A stretch of 64,000 nucleotides of DNA from Clostridia bacterium (GCA_045538335.1 JAZSRF010000045.1:5708-69707); one strand, 5' to 3'; shown: positions 10,032 to 20,065, counted from the first letter of the stretch. Notes: a model not told the origin generated them from the sequence alone. Translations and numbers: made by a program.

Positions 10032-11390
10032 CTACTCAATATATTCTCTTAAAGCTTTTTTAAATTCTTCTGTCAGATTGTTATCCTCATTCCAATCTTT
10101 TTTTGCCTCTTCTATTGCTTGTTCTAAATTCGCTATATTTGGTTTAAAGTCTTTTAATAGCACTGGTAATTCTTTACCCTCTTTATTTAATCTTTCAACT
10201 ATCATATTAAGACTTAAGTTTATTTCATCTTTAGTTCCAACACATTCAAATGGTTTGTCGTAATCTGGATAAACAAGACCATTAAATATATCTCTTAAAG
10301 ATTCATTATTTAGCATATCTGTTTTAAAAATTCTAGCCATATCCTCATCTGTTAAGAATGCTTTAACCATAATATATACGTATAAACACTTAGGACAATT
10401 TTCACACCATATGTCTTGTTTAGAACCTACGTTACAACTTTTGAATACTTCAAAATATTTATCTGTTTTAACAAACGCCCTAACTATTTGCCATTCACTT
10501 AACGCTCTAAGTAAACTAAAATAGCTTGGTCCATTTTCACAAATATGTTTTTCCACATATTCTCTAAAGTCATTTTCAAATTCTATACTCTTAGAATATT
10601 GGTGGTTTATATTTGTACCACTAACATTTGCTTCGTTTGCACTAGCCTCATTAGATAATACTATGTTTTTTCTACCAAGTATTACAGCTGAAGCGTAAGA
10701 AGAAAATGCAAGTATTGCCGAAAACGGTGTATGCCCATTCAAAAAGCCTTGTTTATTTAATTCTAATAATCTTGAATCCAAAGTTCTCTTTGGCGCATAA
10801 ATCTTACCATCATATCCGCCAACAATGGCAGAATCTCTTGATGCTCCTCTTGGATTTACAATATAACACATATTATCCATATTTTTTAATACTTCTAAAG
10901 ATAACGAAGAGTCTTTGCCACCACCCACAGGCACAAGATTTCCTGTAAGGTCCTCTGTTAATTCTGTTTTTTTACTTGCGGTGTTTTCTACTTTAATTTC
11001 TAGAAATGTATCTATGTTCATTGCTTCTACAATATTATTTCTGTAGAAAAATTCACCAAGTCCATTAATGTATAACTTTTTATACCATGCTATCTGTTCC
11101 TCATTCAAATTTCCACATTTTACAACAAGAGTAGGTGAACAAGTAGACTTAAGGTATGACACAACTTCAACCATACCAAGATTAAATATTGTGTTTTCTA
11201 ATATCTTTCTTGAACTTGCATCTAACACTCTTCCTTGTGGCTTTGGAAAACTCCATGTTGGTTTAAACTCTGTTAAACCTGGCACAACAAAGTTAAATGA
11301 TACTTCAAAACTGTTTTCAGTTTCTGTAATATCATAAGAATTGTATTCAAATATTGGATATTTTTCTCTTAACTCATTAAATTTATCCAT
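10032..11390 (-). CDS. PP-loop (adenine-nucleotide alpha-hydrolase superfamily) protein coupled to murD; candidate MurL-like UDP-MurNAc-L-Ala-L-Glu epimerase
   Basis: PP-loop PVGGGKDSS, and a Cys cluster CENCPKC. Lies 11 nt downstream of murD in the same operon. Confidence 0.45.
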   Translation of the reverse strand: MDKFNELREKYPIFEYNSYDITETENSFEVSFNFVVPGLTEFKPTWSFPKPQGRVLDASSRKILENTIFNLGMVEVVSYLKSTCSPTLVVKCGNLNEEQIAWYKKLYINGLGEFFYRNNIVEAMNIDTFLEIKVENTASKKTELTEDLTGNLVPVGGGKDSSLSLEVLKNMDNMCYIVNPRGASRDSAIVGGYDGKIYAPKRTLDSRLLELNKQGFLNGHTPFSAILAFSSYASAVILGRKNIVLSNEASANEANVSGTNINHQYSKSIEFENDFREYVEKHICENGPSYFSLLRALSEWQIVRAFVKTDKYFEVFKSCNVGSKQDIWCENCPKCLYVYIMVKAFLTDEDMARIFKTDMLNNESLRDIFNGLVYPDYDKPFECVGTKDEINLSLNMIVERLNKEGKELPVLLKDFKPNIANLEQAIEEAKKDWNEDNNLTEEFKKALREYIE

Positions 11391-11391
11391 A

Positions 11392-11988
11392 TTACATTTC
11401 CCTTCTATTTTCCATTGCCTTTATTAGTGTAATTTCATCTGTATATTCTAAATCTCCGCCTACTGGTATTCCGTGTGCAATTCTAGACACTTTTATACCT
11501 GGTATTGTTTTAATAATTCTAGAAATATACATTGCAGTAGCTTCCCCTTCTATTGTTGGATTAGTCGCAAGAATTACTTCTTTCACATTTTCATCTGAAA
11601 GCCTAGATACTAATTCTTTTATTTTTATATCTTGCGCAGATATATTGTTCATAGGAGAAATAGCTCCATGAAGTACGTGGTATAATCCTTTGTACTCGTG
11701 TGTTTTTTCCATAGCAACTACATCTTTTACATTCTCTACTACGCATATAACACTTGTGTCTCTTTTAGAATTACCACAAATCTCACATTTGTCTGCTTCA
11801 GATAAGTTGTAGCAAGTCGAACAAAATCTCACTTTCTGTTTAGCTTCAAGCAAAGCTTCAGACATTGTTTTAGCTACTTCTGTATCTGATTCTAATATAT
11901 AGAATGCTAAACGAACTGCTGTCTTGTGACCAATTCCTGGCAACTTTTCAAATTCTCCTATTAATTTTTTAACTGATTCTGAATACAT
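11392..11988 (-). CDS. recR: recombination protein RecR
   Basis: C4 zinc finger CSTCYNLSEADKCEICGN, Toprim domain, 198 aa. Confidence 0.9.
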   Translation of the reverse strand: MYSESVKKLIGEFEKLPGIGHKTAVRLAFYILESDTEVAKTMSEALLEAKQKVRFCSTCYNLSEADKCEICGNSKRDTSVICVVENVKDVVAMEKTHEYKGLYHVLHGAISPMNNISAQDIKIKELVSRLSDENVKEVILATNPTIEGEATAMYISRIIKTIPGIKVSRIAHGIPVGGDLEYTDEITLIKAMENRREM

Positions 11989-11995
11989 AACCTAC

Positions 11996-12325
11996 CTACA
12001 TCAACCCTGGAATGTTTAATCCTCCAAGTCCTTCTTGCATCATATCATCTGCTTTTCTTAATGCTTCATTTACTGCAGTAAGAACGAGGTCTTGTAGCAT
12101 TTCTACATCATCTGGGTCTACTACTTCTTTTTTAATTATTATTTCTTTTATTTCTTTCGCACCTGTTGCTTTTACTATAACAGCTCCCCCACCAACGGAA
12201 GTTTCAAACTCCGTGTTTGCTGCTTCCTCTTGTTTCTTTTGCATTTCTGCTTGCATTTTTTGTGCCTGTCTCATTAAGTTTTGCATATTTCCCATTCCGC
12301 CTGGGAATCCTCCAAATTTAGCCAT
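11996..12325 (-). CDS. ybaB: YbaB/EbfC nucleoid-associated protein
   Basis: 109 aa with G-rich N-terminus and conserved core; positioned between dnaX and recR as is canonical. Confidence 0.85.
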   Translation of the reverse strand: MAKFGGFPGGMGNMQNLMRQAQKMQAEMQKKQEEAANTEFETSVGGGAVIVKATGAKEIKEIIIKKEVVDPDDVEMLQDLVLTAVNEALRKADDMMQEGLGGLNIPGLM

Positions 12326-12360
12326 TTTAATCTCCTCCTATATTATACTCTTTAACTAAA

Positions 12361-13962
12361 TTAATCTACTACTTCAAAAGGTACGCCTGAATCCTTCATC
12401 ATATTTTCGAATCCATTAGCTTCATCCTTTTTAGTCTCTTTAATATATTCAATTCTTACATTAAAATCATTATTCATTTCTTCATTTACTATTTTTCTCA
12501 AATCCTCACGTGTATTATCTTTATTTAATACCCCATACGCAAATGCGTTACATGTAGCAAATACAATTGTTTCATCTTCCTCAAAAGCTTGTGCCCCTGC
12601 AAGTGCAGAATAAAGTTTTAAGTTGTCTGAATCTACTGCTTTTTTCATTATTTTGTCTAACTCTTTAACTTTTTTTCTACCAAGCTTTACTTCAGCCACT
12701 TTTGCCTCTTTAGGTTTCTCCACTGTCTGAACTTGTTCTGTCGCCTCTTCTTTTGGTGCAGTTTCAACTTGTTTTTCTTGTTTTTGCACTTTTGCTTTAG
12801 GTTCAGCTTGAACTTTAATACCTGTCATTTCAAGCTTCTCTATTTTCATTTCTAGTTCTTTTATTTTTGCTAAAAGTTCACTTTCATCTAATGATACAAC
12901 TTTTGTTGAAAGCTCTAATAGTTTTGCTTTAAATAGCATTGCAACATTATTAGACTGTCTTAAATCGTCATCGAGTTTTGACATATGCTTAATAATTTCC
13001 TGTATTCTTGTAACACTTACTTTTCCACAAACGTCTTTTAATTCTTCGGATATATCCACATTATCCCCACAAGATACTGCTATTAATACTTTTAAGAATT
13101 CTTGTGTTATACTTGCAGATATGTTTCTTAAATCTTTACCTGATGAAAGTATTGTATTTACTAGTTCATCTACCTTAGTAATATTGTATTCAAGAACACC
13201 AGCCACTATATCTTGTATAAGTTTCTTTGGAACTGTACCAATTATTTCTTCTATTTTTTGTTCTGTAATTTCACCTTCTCCAGAAGTTATACATCTTTCT
13301 AGAATACTTAAAGCATCCCTCATTCCACCATCTGCAAGTTCAGCTATGTGTTCTAAAGCTTCTATATCATAATGGACATTATAATCTTTAAGCACGTGTT
13401 CTAGTCTTTGAACTATACCAGCTTTACCTATCTTTTTAAATTCAAATCTTATACAACGAGATAAAATTGTAGGTAAAATCTTGTGTTCTTCTGTTGTTGC
13501 TAAAATAAATATAACATTCTCTGGTGGTTCTTCTAGCGTCTTAAGTAACGCATTAAATGCACTAGTTGAAAGCATATGTGCTTCGTCTATAATATACACT
13601 TTATACTTTAGACCCGTTGTAGAATATGCAACTTCTTGGCGTATGCTACGTATATTTTCTACTGAATTGTTAGATGCAGCATCCATTTCAACCACATCTG
13701 TTGTATTTCCTTCTAATATGCTACGGCATGCTTCACATTCATTGCAAGGCTCACCCTCTTGGTTATTTAGACAGTTAACTGCTCTTGCAAAAACTTTAGC
13801 TGCTGTAGTTTTACCAGTACCTCTAGTTCCACTAAAAATATATGCATGAGATATTTTAGAAGACACTATTTGATTTTTCAAAATTTTAGTTATATGTTCT
13901 TGACCTATCATATCACTAAAATTTTGTGGTCTATATTTTCTATATAACGCTACGTATGACAT
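12361..13962 (-). CDS. dnaX: DNA polymerase III subunit tau/gamma
   Basis: Walker A GTRGTGKTT, zinc module CNECEAC, clamp-loader boxes. Confidence 0.9.
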   Translation of the reverse strand: MSYVALYRKYRPQNFSDMIGQEHITKILKNQIVSSKISHAYIFSGTRGTGKTTAAKVFARAVNCLNNQEGEPCNECEACRSILEGNTTDVVEMDAASNNSVENIRSIRQEVAYSTTGLKYKVYIIDEAHMLSTSAFNALLKTLEEPPENVIFILATTEEHKILPTILSRCIRFEFKKIGKAGIVQRLEHVLKDYNVHYDIEALEHIAELADGGMRDALSILERCITSGEGEITEQKIEEIIGTVPKKLIQDIVAGVLEYNITKVDELVNTILSSGKDLRNISASITQEFLKVLIAVSCGDNVDISEELKDVCGKVSVTRIQEIIKHMSKLDDDLRQSNNVAMLFKAKLLELSTKVVSLDESELLAKIKELEMKIEKLEMTGIKVQAEPKAKVQKQEKQVETAPKEEATEQVQTVEKPKEAKVAEVKLGRKKVKELDKIMKKAVDSDNLKLYSALAGAQAFEEDETIVFATCNAFAYGVLNKDNTREDLRKIVNEEMNNDFNVRIEYIKETKKDEANGFENMMKDSGVPFEVVD

Positions 13963-14011
13963 ATTTTAACCCCTTATATTTTATAATATTACTACAAATG
14001 CTATATATACA

Positions 14012-14108
14012 AAAATGTCGCCCACGGCACATAGTATCATTTGCTTATTGCTGCTTCCTTCCGGACCTGACAAGGTTCACAAACTCACTATTGCCAAAGC
14101 GACTTTAG
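14012..14108 (-). ncRNA. ffs: SRP RNA (small 4.5S/ffs type)
   Basis: The minus-strand transcript contains the domain IV motif GUCAGGUCCGGAAGGAAGCAGC (rc of 14051..14072). Terminal helix GTCGC.../...GCGAC. Sits in the canonical position upstream of dnaX. Confidence 0.65.
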
Positions 14109-14166
14109 TAATTATACAATATAGTCTTGTATTTTTCAAGTGTACTTTTCTATTTTATTCTAATCT

Positions 14167-14835
14167 TTAATTTACTTTAAATTTAAAGTCTGAAAGAGAT
14201 AGTCTTCTTACATCTGCTCCATTTGTTACAAGCTCTTCATTAGGTAGCAATAACTCTACTTTCATTGTATTTGTTTTTCCTGTACTTTCAACAATGTTTA
14301 GTTTAAATTTAAGTTTAAACTGTATGTTTTGTAATTTTATACCCGCAGTACTTAACATTCTACCATCATACACAATTTGTTTTGTAGACTCTGGAACTAT
14401 CCAATCTTTAAGAACATTTTCATTAAGAGCTACAAATTCTAATAGCATTTGATTATTTTCATCTAATGTATATTCTACTGCAAGTTCTTGTCCTTTATTA
14501 TCTAAAGCGAGTTTGCTTTCGTTATCTAGCTGTGAAAATATGACTTTTCCATTGTTTGAAGTTACATCACTTAAATATATTCTATTTATCCCTACACCTG
14601 TAGCAGCTGTAACAAGCATACTTAACTTATTTCTTTGAGATAAATCTATACTCCATACTCCATTTTTTTCTGTTTTGTTTGTAAGCTCTGCTGAACTTGT
14701 TAATATTACATCACTTACTCTAAACTTTCCTTCGTTTACTGTATCTTTTTTGAACACTAAATTTATTACTACAATTAGCAATAATATTGAAATTACTAAT
14801 GTTATTAATATCCAAAATATTTTTTTCTTATCCAT
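14167..14835 (-). CDS. hypothetical membrane-anchored protein (N-terminal TM, beta-rich ectodomain)
   Basis: N-terminal segment IFWILITLVISILLLIVVINLVF; RBS GGAGGG upstream. Confidence 0.45.
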   Translation of the reverse strand: MDKKKIFWILITLVISILLLIVVINLVFKKDTVNEGKFRVSDVILTSSAELTNKTEKNGVWSIDLSQRNKLSMLVTAATGVGINRIYLSDVTSNNGKVIFSQLDNESKLALDNKGQELAVEYTLDENNQMLLEFVALNENVLKDWIVPESTKQIVYDGRMLSTAGIKLQNIQFKLKFKLNIVESTGKTNTMKVELLLPNEELVTNGADVRRLSLSDFKFKVN

Positions 14836-15274
14836 TGTACCCTCCGAATTTGGTTAAACAATTCAAAAATTTCGAATAGTTGAATTTTATCTTTACCCTA
14901 TACTCTTTCTTTATTATTTCAGTTATTCAATTTTTTCGAATAACTGATTCCTTCTAATGTCATCCATATTATACAACGTAATACATAAAAACTCAAGTGA
15001 TTGAGTATATTTTAATAGGTGGTTTAATGGATAATTTTTTAGGCAATTTCGACTCATCTTTTATGAACAATTTAGGAATAAATTGTGATAATTTAGATAT
15101 AAACAAGCTGTTGGTGATTTTGTTAATTCTTACTGGTAGGCTTAAAATAGAATCAATAACAGTATTTCCAAATGACTTTACAGTAACTCTAGGAACATTT
15201 AGAATTCTGTAATTAAAAAACTGAGATAAAAGCGAATATTTTGCTTTATTTTATCCCAGTTTAAATTATATATA

Positions 15275-15634
15275 TTATTGTTTTTTAGAGGCTAACAAAC
15301 TATCTATATAGCCATCCACCTTACCCTTTTCTTTGTCAGATAACATATTGTATTTGGTTACTATATCACTTTGCTCTTCTGTTAATGTTATATGGGGCAA
15401 AGGATTGTCTGTAAAATCTATCAAATAATCTACTGAACAATTAAAAAATTCTGCTATTCTTTTTAATGATGGAATTGATGGATTAGATATTCCTCTTTCG
15501 TATTTGCTTATTAATTCCTGACTAAAGCCCAGCATTATGGATAAATTTCTTTGTGTTCTTCCACTTTGTTTCCTTATTTTAGCTAAATTCTTCATTGGAA
15601 CCGGTTTATTGTTCGAACCATCTAACTTTTGCAT
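15275..15634 (-). CDS. XRE-family HTH transcriptional regulator
   Basis: HTH_3 motif RTQRNLSIMLGFSQELISKYERGISNPSIPSLKRIAEFF. Confidence 0.7.
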   Translation of the reverse strand: MQKLDGSNNKPVPMKNLAKIRKQSGRTQRNLSIMLGFSQELISKYERGISNPSIPSLKRIAEFFNCSVDYLIDFTDNPLPHITLTEEQSDIVTKYNMLSDKEKGKVDGYIDSLLASKKQ

Positions 15635-15692
15635 ATGCTACCTCCTACAAAATTATTTTGTACTACTTATTGATAAATTATATTGCTAATTA

Positions 15693-15721
15693 TTGACAAC
15701 AAAAGGAATAAATAGTACAAT
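15693..15721 (+). promoter_or_regulatory. sigmaA-type promoter TTGACA - 17 nt - TACAAT for 15767..16871 operon
   Basis: Consensus -35 and near-consensus -10 in the divergent intergenic region with the XRE regulator gene. Confidence 0.4.
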
Positions 15722-15766
15722 TTGTGTAGATAGTTATTGACACTATTAATAAGGAGGTAAATATAT

Positions 15767-16420
15767 ATGAAAGAAGATAGATTGAGTATAGTATATGATA
15801 TGTTGAATAATCATGAAGATACAAAAAGCGAACTAGTGAGTTATAATATAGACCCTAGCTCTAAACGACAATGTGCTTTAAACGTTAAATTGTCTAAAGA
15901 CTCTCCGTTACTCCACGAACTGGAAAGTCAAGGGTTTAAGGCCATATATCCTGCCGAGCTTGCAGATGAAGAAATAGCAAGAATGAACGAAGATCAAAGA
16001 TTTATGTATGAATTAAATAGTCAACACGCATTACTCGTCGATTCAAAAGAACCACATTTGTCTTTAAATTTAGCAGGTCAAATAGCGAGCCATGTTTATT
16101 CTAATTCTGGAGCCGGAGTTTTAGATGGTTTAAATACAAAAGACAACACATTGACATTTTTTCCAGGCTGTTCTTCACGCTTTAAAGAAGGGACACATGA
16201 AAACCTACAAGCTACATTAACCGCTTTAGGATATAAAGCAGATTTAGATAAAGATAGTGTTACTGTTCAGTCAAATATTCCATACCCATCTGTAAATAAA
16301 TCCAAATTTGCTAAGATTTTTGAAATGGCAAAAGATAAAATTCATAGTGTTGCTGAAAAATTAGGACTTCACAAAAACAAAGAACCTAAGGTTAAGCAAG
16401 ATGATGATTTGGCAATATAG
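15767..16420 (+). CDS. hypothetical protein
   Basis: 217-aa ORF with strong RBS AAGGAGG. Confidence 0.4.
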   Translation: MKEDRLSIVYDMLNNHEDTKSELVSYNIDPSSKRQCALNVKLSKDSPLLHELESQGFKAIYPAELADEEIARMNEDQRFMYELNSQHALLVDSKEPHLSLNLAGQIASHVYSNSGAGVLDGLNTKDNTLTFFPGCSSRFKEGTHENLQATLTALGYKADLDKDSVTVQSNIPYPSVNKSKFAKIFEMAKDKIHSVAEKLGLHKNKEPKVKQDDDLAI

Positions 16421-16871
16421 AAACGAAAGAGGTGTAATTATGGATGATAACTACAGACAAGCTTTAACCGAAGTGTTAGAGGTATTAAACCACACAGAAA
16501 AGGAACTAGTAGAAAAGCTACCACAAGATTTTGTAACATTTTTATTGCAAAACTTAGATAGAAAATATGTTCCAGATATAGACTTTTCATTAGACAATTG
16601 GGAAACCTCTTTAAAAGAAGAGGCTCAAGCAATTCTAGCGCATATATACAAAGAATTCTTAGCTACTGAACAAGAAAAATCCACATTGTTGACAGATGAA
16701 GAATTAGTACAAAAGGGCGAAGAAATGTTGAAAAAATATGGTGTTGAAGATTTGTTTCAGAAAAATGAAACTAAAACTATTGAACCAATTACAGAAAATG
16801 TTCCAGTAGAAATCAAATCATCTCCGTGGTATAAAAAAATATTCCAAAAAATTGCAAACATATTTAAATAG
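16401..16871 (+). CDS. hypothetical protein
   Basis: 156 aa; its start (likely ATG at 16440, RBS AGAGGTG) lies at the end of the previous gene, so the two are translationally linked. Confidence 0.4.
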   Translation: MMIWQYRNERGVIMDDNYRQALTEVLEVLNHTEKELVEKLPQDFVTFLLQNLDRKYVPDIDFSLDNWETSLKEEAQAILAHIYKEFLATEQEKSTLLTDEELVQKGEEMLKKYGVEDLFQKNETKTIEPITENVPVEIKSSPWYKKIFQKIANIFK

Positions 16872-16974
16872 TATTTATTATGCAACTATATGAAAATCAT
16901 ATAGTTGTTTCATTTTTTCTATTGTAAATATCTTCTGTTTTTGATATACTTGTTATATTAAAGAGGTGAGACTA

Positions 16975-17985
16975 TTGCATAGTAACAAAAACAATGTAAT
17001 GATTATAGACGACGATATAGGTTTAACACAAGCTTTATCTATAGTGTTAGACAGCTATAACATAAAATTATCTACATTTACCGAACCACTTGCTGCAATA
17101 CAAGAATTAAGAACAAACAAACATGATATTTTAATAGTTAACTATCTAATGACTTCTACTAGAGGCGATGAAATAGTTAAGCTTGTTCGTGATTTTGATA
17201 AAGAAATATATATTATCCTTATGTCTGCACATAAAGATCTCGCTCCATCTATAGATATAATGCGTTCTTTGGATATACAAGCATTCTTTGAAAAAGGAGC
17301 ACGTTTTGATGACCTTATACTCCTTATAGAGAGCGGATACAAATATATAGAACAAATAAATGAAATAAAACAAATGAATCACACTATACAAAACTTTGGT
17401 TTAGAACTGGCTAATACTCTTAAAAGTACAGTTGGTGCAAGAGACCACTATACTAAAGAACATAGTGATAGAGTTGCAGAATATGCCAAACTATTTGGAG
17501 CTCATCTAGAACTTGACGAAGATGAACTAAAAACTTTAGTCCTTGCTGCAGATTTCCACGATATTGGGAAAATTGGTATATCTGATGCTGTTCTTCTAAA
17601 AGAAGGAAAACTTACAGATGAAGAATATACTAAAATCAAATTACATCCAATAATCTCCGTAAACATTCTGGCCGGTTCAGAAACATTTAAAGATGCTATA
17701 CTAGCAGTAAGACACCATCACGAAAGAATAGATGGTAGAGGTTATCCAGACGGTCTTAAAGGAGAGCAAATTCCAAGACTTGCTCGTATTCTTTCAATAT
17801 GTGATACTTTTGATGCTATAACATCAAGAAGAGTATATAGAGAACAAATGGCTATAGAAGATGCACTACTTGAAATAGATAGAGTTAAGGATGCTCAACT
17901 AGATAAAGAGCTTGCTGAAATATTTATTGAATTTGTTAGAACAAATCTAGATATTATAAATAAAATTATGGCAAAGAAACAATAA
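16975..17985 (+). CDS. response regulator with HD-GYP domain (putative c-di-GMP phosphodiesterase)
   Basis: REC-like N-terminus (MIIDDD), HD motif FHDIGKIG and HHERIDGRGYPDGL (GYP). Probable TTG start 7 nt after RBS AGAGGTGAG. Confidence 0.7.
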   Translation: MHSNKNNVMIIDDDIGLTQALSIVLDSYNIKLSTFTEPLAAIQELRTNKHDILIVNYLMTSTRGDEIVKLVRDFDKEIYIILMSAHKDLAPSIDIMRSLDIQAFFEKGARFDDLILLIESGYKYIEQINEIKQMNHTIQNFGLELANTLKSTVGARDHYTKEHSDRVAEYAKLFGAHLELDEDELKTLVLAADFHDIGKIGISDAVLLKEGKLTDEEYTKIKLHPIISVNILAGSETFKDAILAVRHHHERIDGRGYPDGLKGEQIPRLARILSICDTFDAITSRRVYREQMAIEDALLEIDRVKDAQLDKELAEIFIEFVRTNLDIINKIMAKKQ

Positions 17986-18010
17986 TGCGATAAACGTTGA
18001 TATTACTAGA

Positions 18011-18050
18011 CAAAACCATTTTCCCGATGTCGGAAAAATGGTTTTGTTTT
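18011..18050 (+). terminator. Rho-independent terminator (17-bp stem CAAAACCATTTTCCCGA/TCGGAAAAATGGTTTTG + U-tract)
   Basis: Near-perfect inverted repeat followed by TTTTTTCTTT directly after the HD-GYP gene stop. Confidence 0.6.
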
Positions 18051-18223
18051 TTCTTTACATTTTATACAACTCTTTTTCAAATTATCTTAATGTTAACGAT
18101 ACAAAACTGTAATAGTAGTTCACATTGCATTGTCGGCTCCGACATTACAATACATTTTACTAACATCACCTTTTGTTGTAATTACATTAGCCGTTCTGTC
18201 TTAACACAAGGCCAACAGCGATT

Positions 18224-18271
18224 CAGATCATATTGGCTATACCGCCAATATGATCTGATTTTATTACTTTT
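18224..18271 (+). terminator. second intrinsic terminator hairpin (14-bp perfect stem CAGATCATATTGGC/GCCAATATGATCTG + U-tract); possible 3' end of an sRNA
   Basis: Perfect palindrome + ATTTTATTACTTTT. About 200 nt downstream of the previous terminator, with no ORF in between. Confidence 0.4.
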
Positions 18272-18378
18272 AGTTTCAACTGCTTTTGCCATTAACAAGA
18301 AAGTCTTTGATGTTTCTATAATACTATCATTATTTTTTCGATTTTAGGCCCAATTTTTTGTTGTTTTATTATACGTTG

Positions 18379-19272
18379 TTACTCTTTTACTTGAGCGTCT
18401 TTTGACATATACTTCTTTTTCAGATCCGCATATGATATTTCACCTGCTTGAATTTTTCTGTTTAAAGCTATACCAAATTTTAATTGTGCTATATCCTTCT
18501 TTTTTTCTTCGTCGCTAAGTTCCTCATAAGGAACTGCTTGATCAGGGTTTCCATAACTCGGATCAAACACCCAATCATTTCTTTTCAACCATTCATCATG
18601 TATTTCACTTGCCATTTGGTGCACTTCTTTAAAAGATGTCAATTGTGTTTTAGAACCCACTAATCTAGCAACTACCTTTCCTGCTTCCAGGTTTTCAAAC
18701 TGCCAATCTTCAGATAACTCTCCAAAAGTTCTATTTGCTATATCTATTTCTACAATACCTTCTTGATTTTTTCTACAGGTATCTGATTCTACATATTTAA
18801 AATTAGGATCTTTTACTTTTTTCCATCTTGGCTCAAATGTTCCATCTTCATTTTTCCTTGTTTGTCTCCAATCTTCATGTAAACAAGACCCTATTTCTAA
18901 ACCTTCTAATATTATTTGTTCTTCTGATTTAACAGAATCATACTCTGTTACTTCTCTTTCATCTTTTACACTTACTTGAAGCCAATCACTTAAATTCTCT
19001 TTTCTTTTCTCTGGAGCATCTTTATAATGTATGTCAGATATTGGATTCCCACTTAATGTTTCCTCGTCAATATTTTCTCCGTCTCTATCATACCACCTTC
19101 TAACTCCCCTTGTTTCATATCTTCCTATAGCAATTTTTTCTATAATAGCATTGTTTAGATTCTCATCTCTTATTTCCTCACCAAATTCCTCTCTAGAAAA
19201 CAATTCTTCACAACCCCCAATAGATATTTGTTCTCCATATATACTAGGTCTTTTCATTGAACCCAAAAACAA
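18379..19272 (-). CDS. hypothetical protein with two H(E/D)(D/E)W...DP repeats
   Basis: 297 aa, internal repeats (CLHEDWRQTRKNEDG...DPNF / IHDEWLKRNDWVFDPSYGN). Confidence 0.4.
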   Translation of the reverse strand: MFLGSMKRPSIYGEQISIGGCEELFSREEFGEEIRDENLNNAIIEKIAIGRYETRGVRRWYDRDGENIDEETLSGNPISDIHYKDAPEKRKENLSDWLQVSVKDEREVTEYDSVKSEEQIILEGLEIGSCLHEDWRQTRKNEDGTFEPRWKKVKDPNFKYVESDTCRKNQEGIVEIDIANRTFGELSEDWQFENLEAGKVVARLVGSKTQLTSFKEVHQMASEIHDEWLKRNDWVFDPSYGNPDQAVPYEELSDEEKKKDIAQLKFGIALNRKIQAGEISYADLKKKYMSKDAQVKE

Positions 19273-19285
19273 TTTTGTTCTAAAT

Positions 19286-19549
19286 TCATTTCCGTTTAAT
19301 TTGTATATATAAACTTACTTTTGGCGCTCTCTTGCCCAACTCATATTCTGCTTGATATTGTGTTGATAGGCCATGTATGACAAAATACTTTTCATCATTC
19401 TTGCCATACTTATGTTCACCTTTTAATATATCCACACCTTTTATTGTTTCTGCAGCAAGATTTAGATCTTCCTTTTGTTGTTTTTCCTTACGCCAAGATC
19501 TATATATCTCTGTACTGCTTTTTTCAATATATACTCCACTTTTTACCAT
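19286..19549 (-). CDS. hypothetical small protein
   Basis: 87 aa, 13 nt upstream of the 297-aa gene, so co-transcribed with it. Confidence 0.35.
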   Translation of the reverse strand: MVKSGVYIEKSSTEIYRSWRKEKQQKEDLNLAAETIKGVDILKGEHKYGKNDEKYFVIHGLSTQYQAEYELGKRAPKVSLYIQIKRK

Positions 19550-19675
19550 ATTAAATCTCCTTTCTAGTATATAATATCACATAGCACCTACTTTTGCAAC
19601 TGTACACGGTGTATTTTTACACGGTTTGTAGTTCTATTTATTTGTATTTTTTATATATATAATTTACTATAGGAA

Positions 19676-20032
19676 GTGATTATGATGTCAGTATTTAGTT
19701 CAAACTTTAAACATGTAGAAAAATATGTGGAAAAATCTTTACGTGTAGACAGCTTACTATATAACAAACTTCAGGATATAGCACACAAAAAATATGAAGC
19801 TTCTATAAACCAATTAGTTAATGCTTCTATAGATAATCTTTTTGATTTGAAAGAAATAAAACTATATATTTCCAATAAAGACATAGATTATATTCAACGC
19901 TCATATCTGATTCGTGAAAGTTCTTTGGAAAAATTAAATAAGCTGAAACAACAAACTGGGATGTCAATTGCAGCTTTAGTAAATATTGCTATCTATGAAG
20001 CATTAAAGAGTGAAGATCAAAATATTTCTTAA
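19676..20032 (+). CDS. putative tandem ribbon-helix-helix DNA-binding protein
   Basis: Two RHH-like segments (SLRVDSLLYNKLQDIAHKKYEASINQLVNASI; RSYLIRESSLEKLNKLKQQTGMSIAALVNIAI). Confidence 0.35.
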   Translation: MIMMSVFSSNFKHVEKYVEKSLRVDSLLYNKLQDIAHKKYEASINQLVNASIDNLFDLKEIKLYISNKDIDYIQRSYLIRESSLEKLNKLKQQTGMSIAALVNIAIYEALKSEDQNIS

Positions 20033-20065
20033 AATATTTTGAGTATAAAATTATATATTTAACAC

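Noticed and set aside
12012-13849. ORFs antisense to ybaB/dnaX (12012..12359, 13121..13372, 13481..13849)
   Set aside because: Shadow ORFs in conserved housekeeping genes.
17997-18347. ORF 17997..18347 (+), 116 aa
   Set aside because: No RBS and a Phe/Leu-rich AT-codon product. The region instead contains two terminator hairpins, so it was treated as non-coding and a candidate sRNA.
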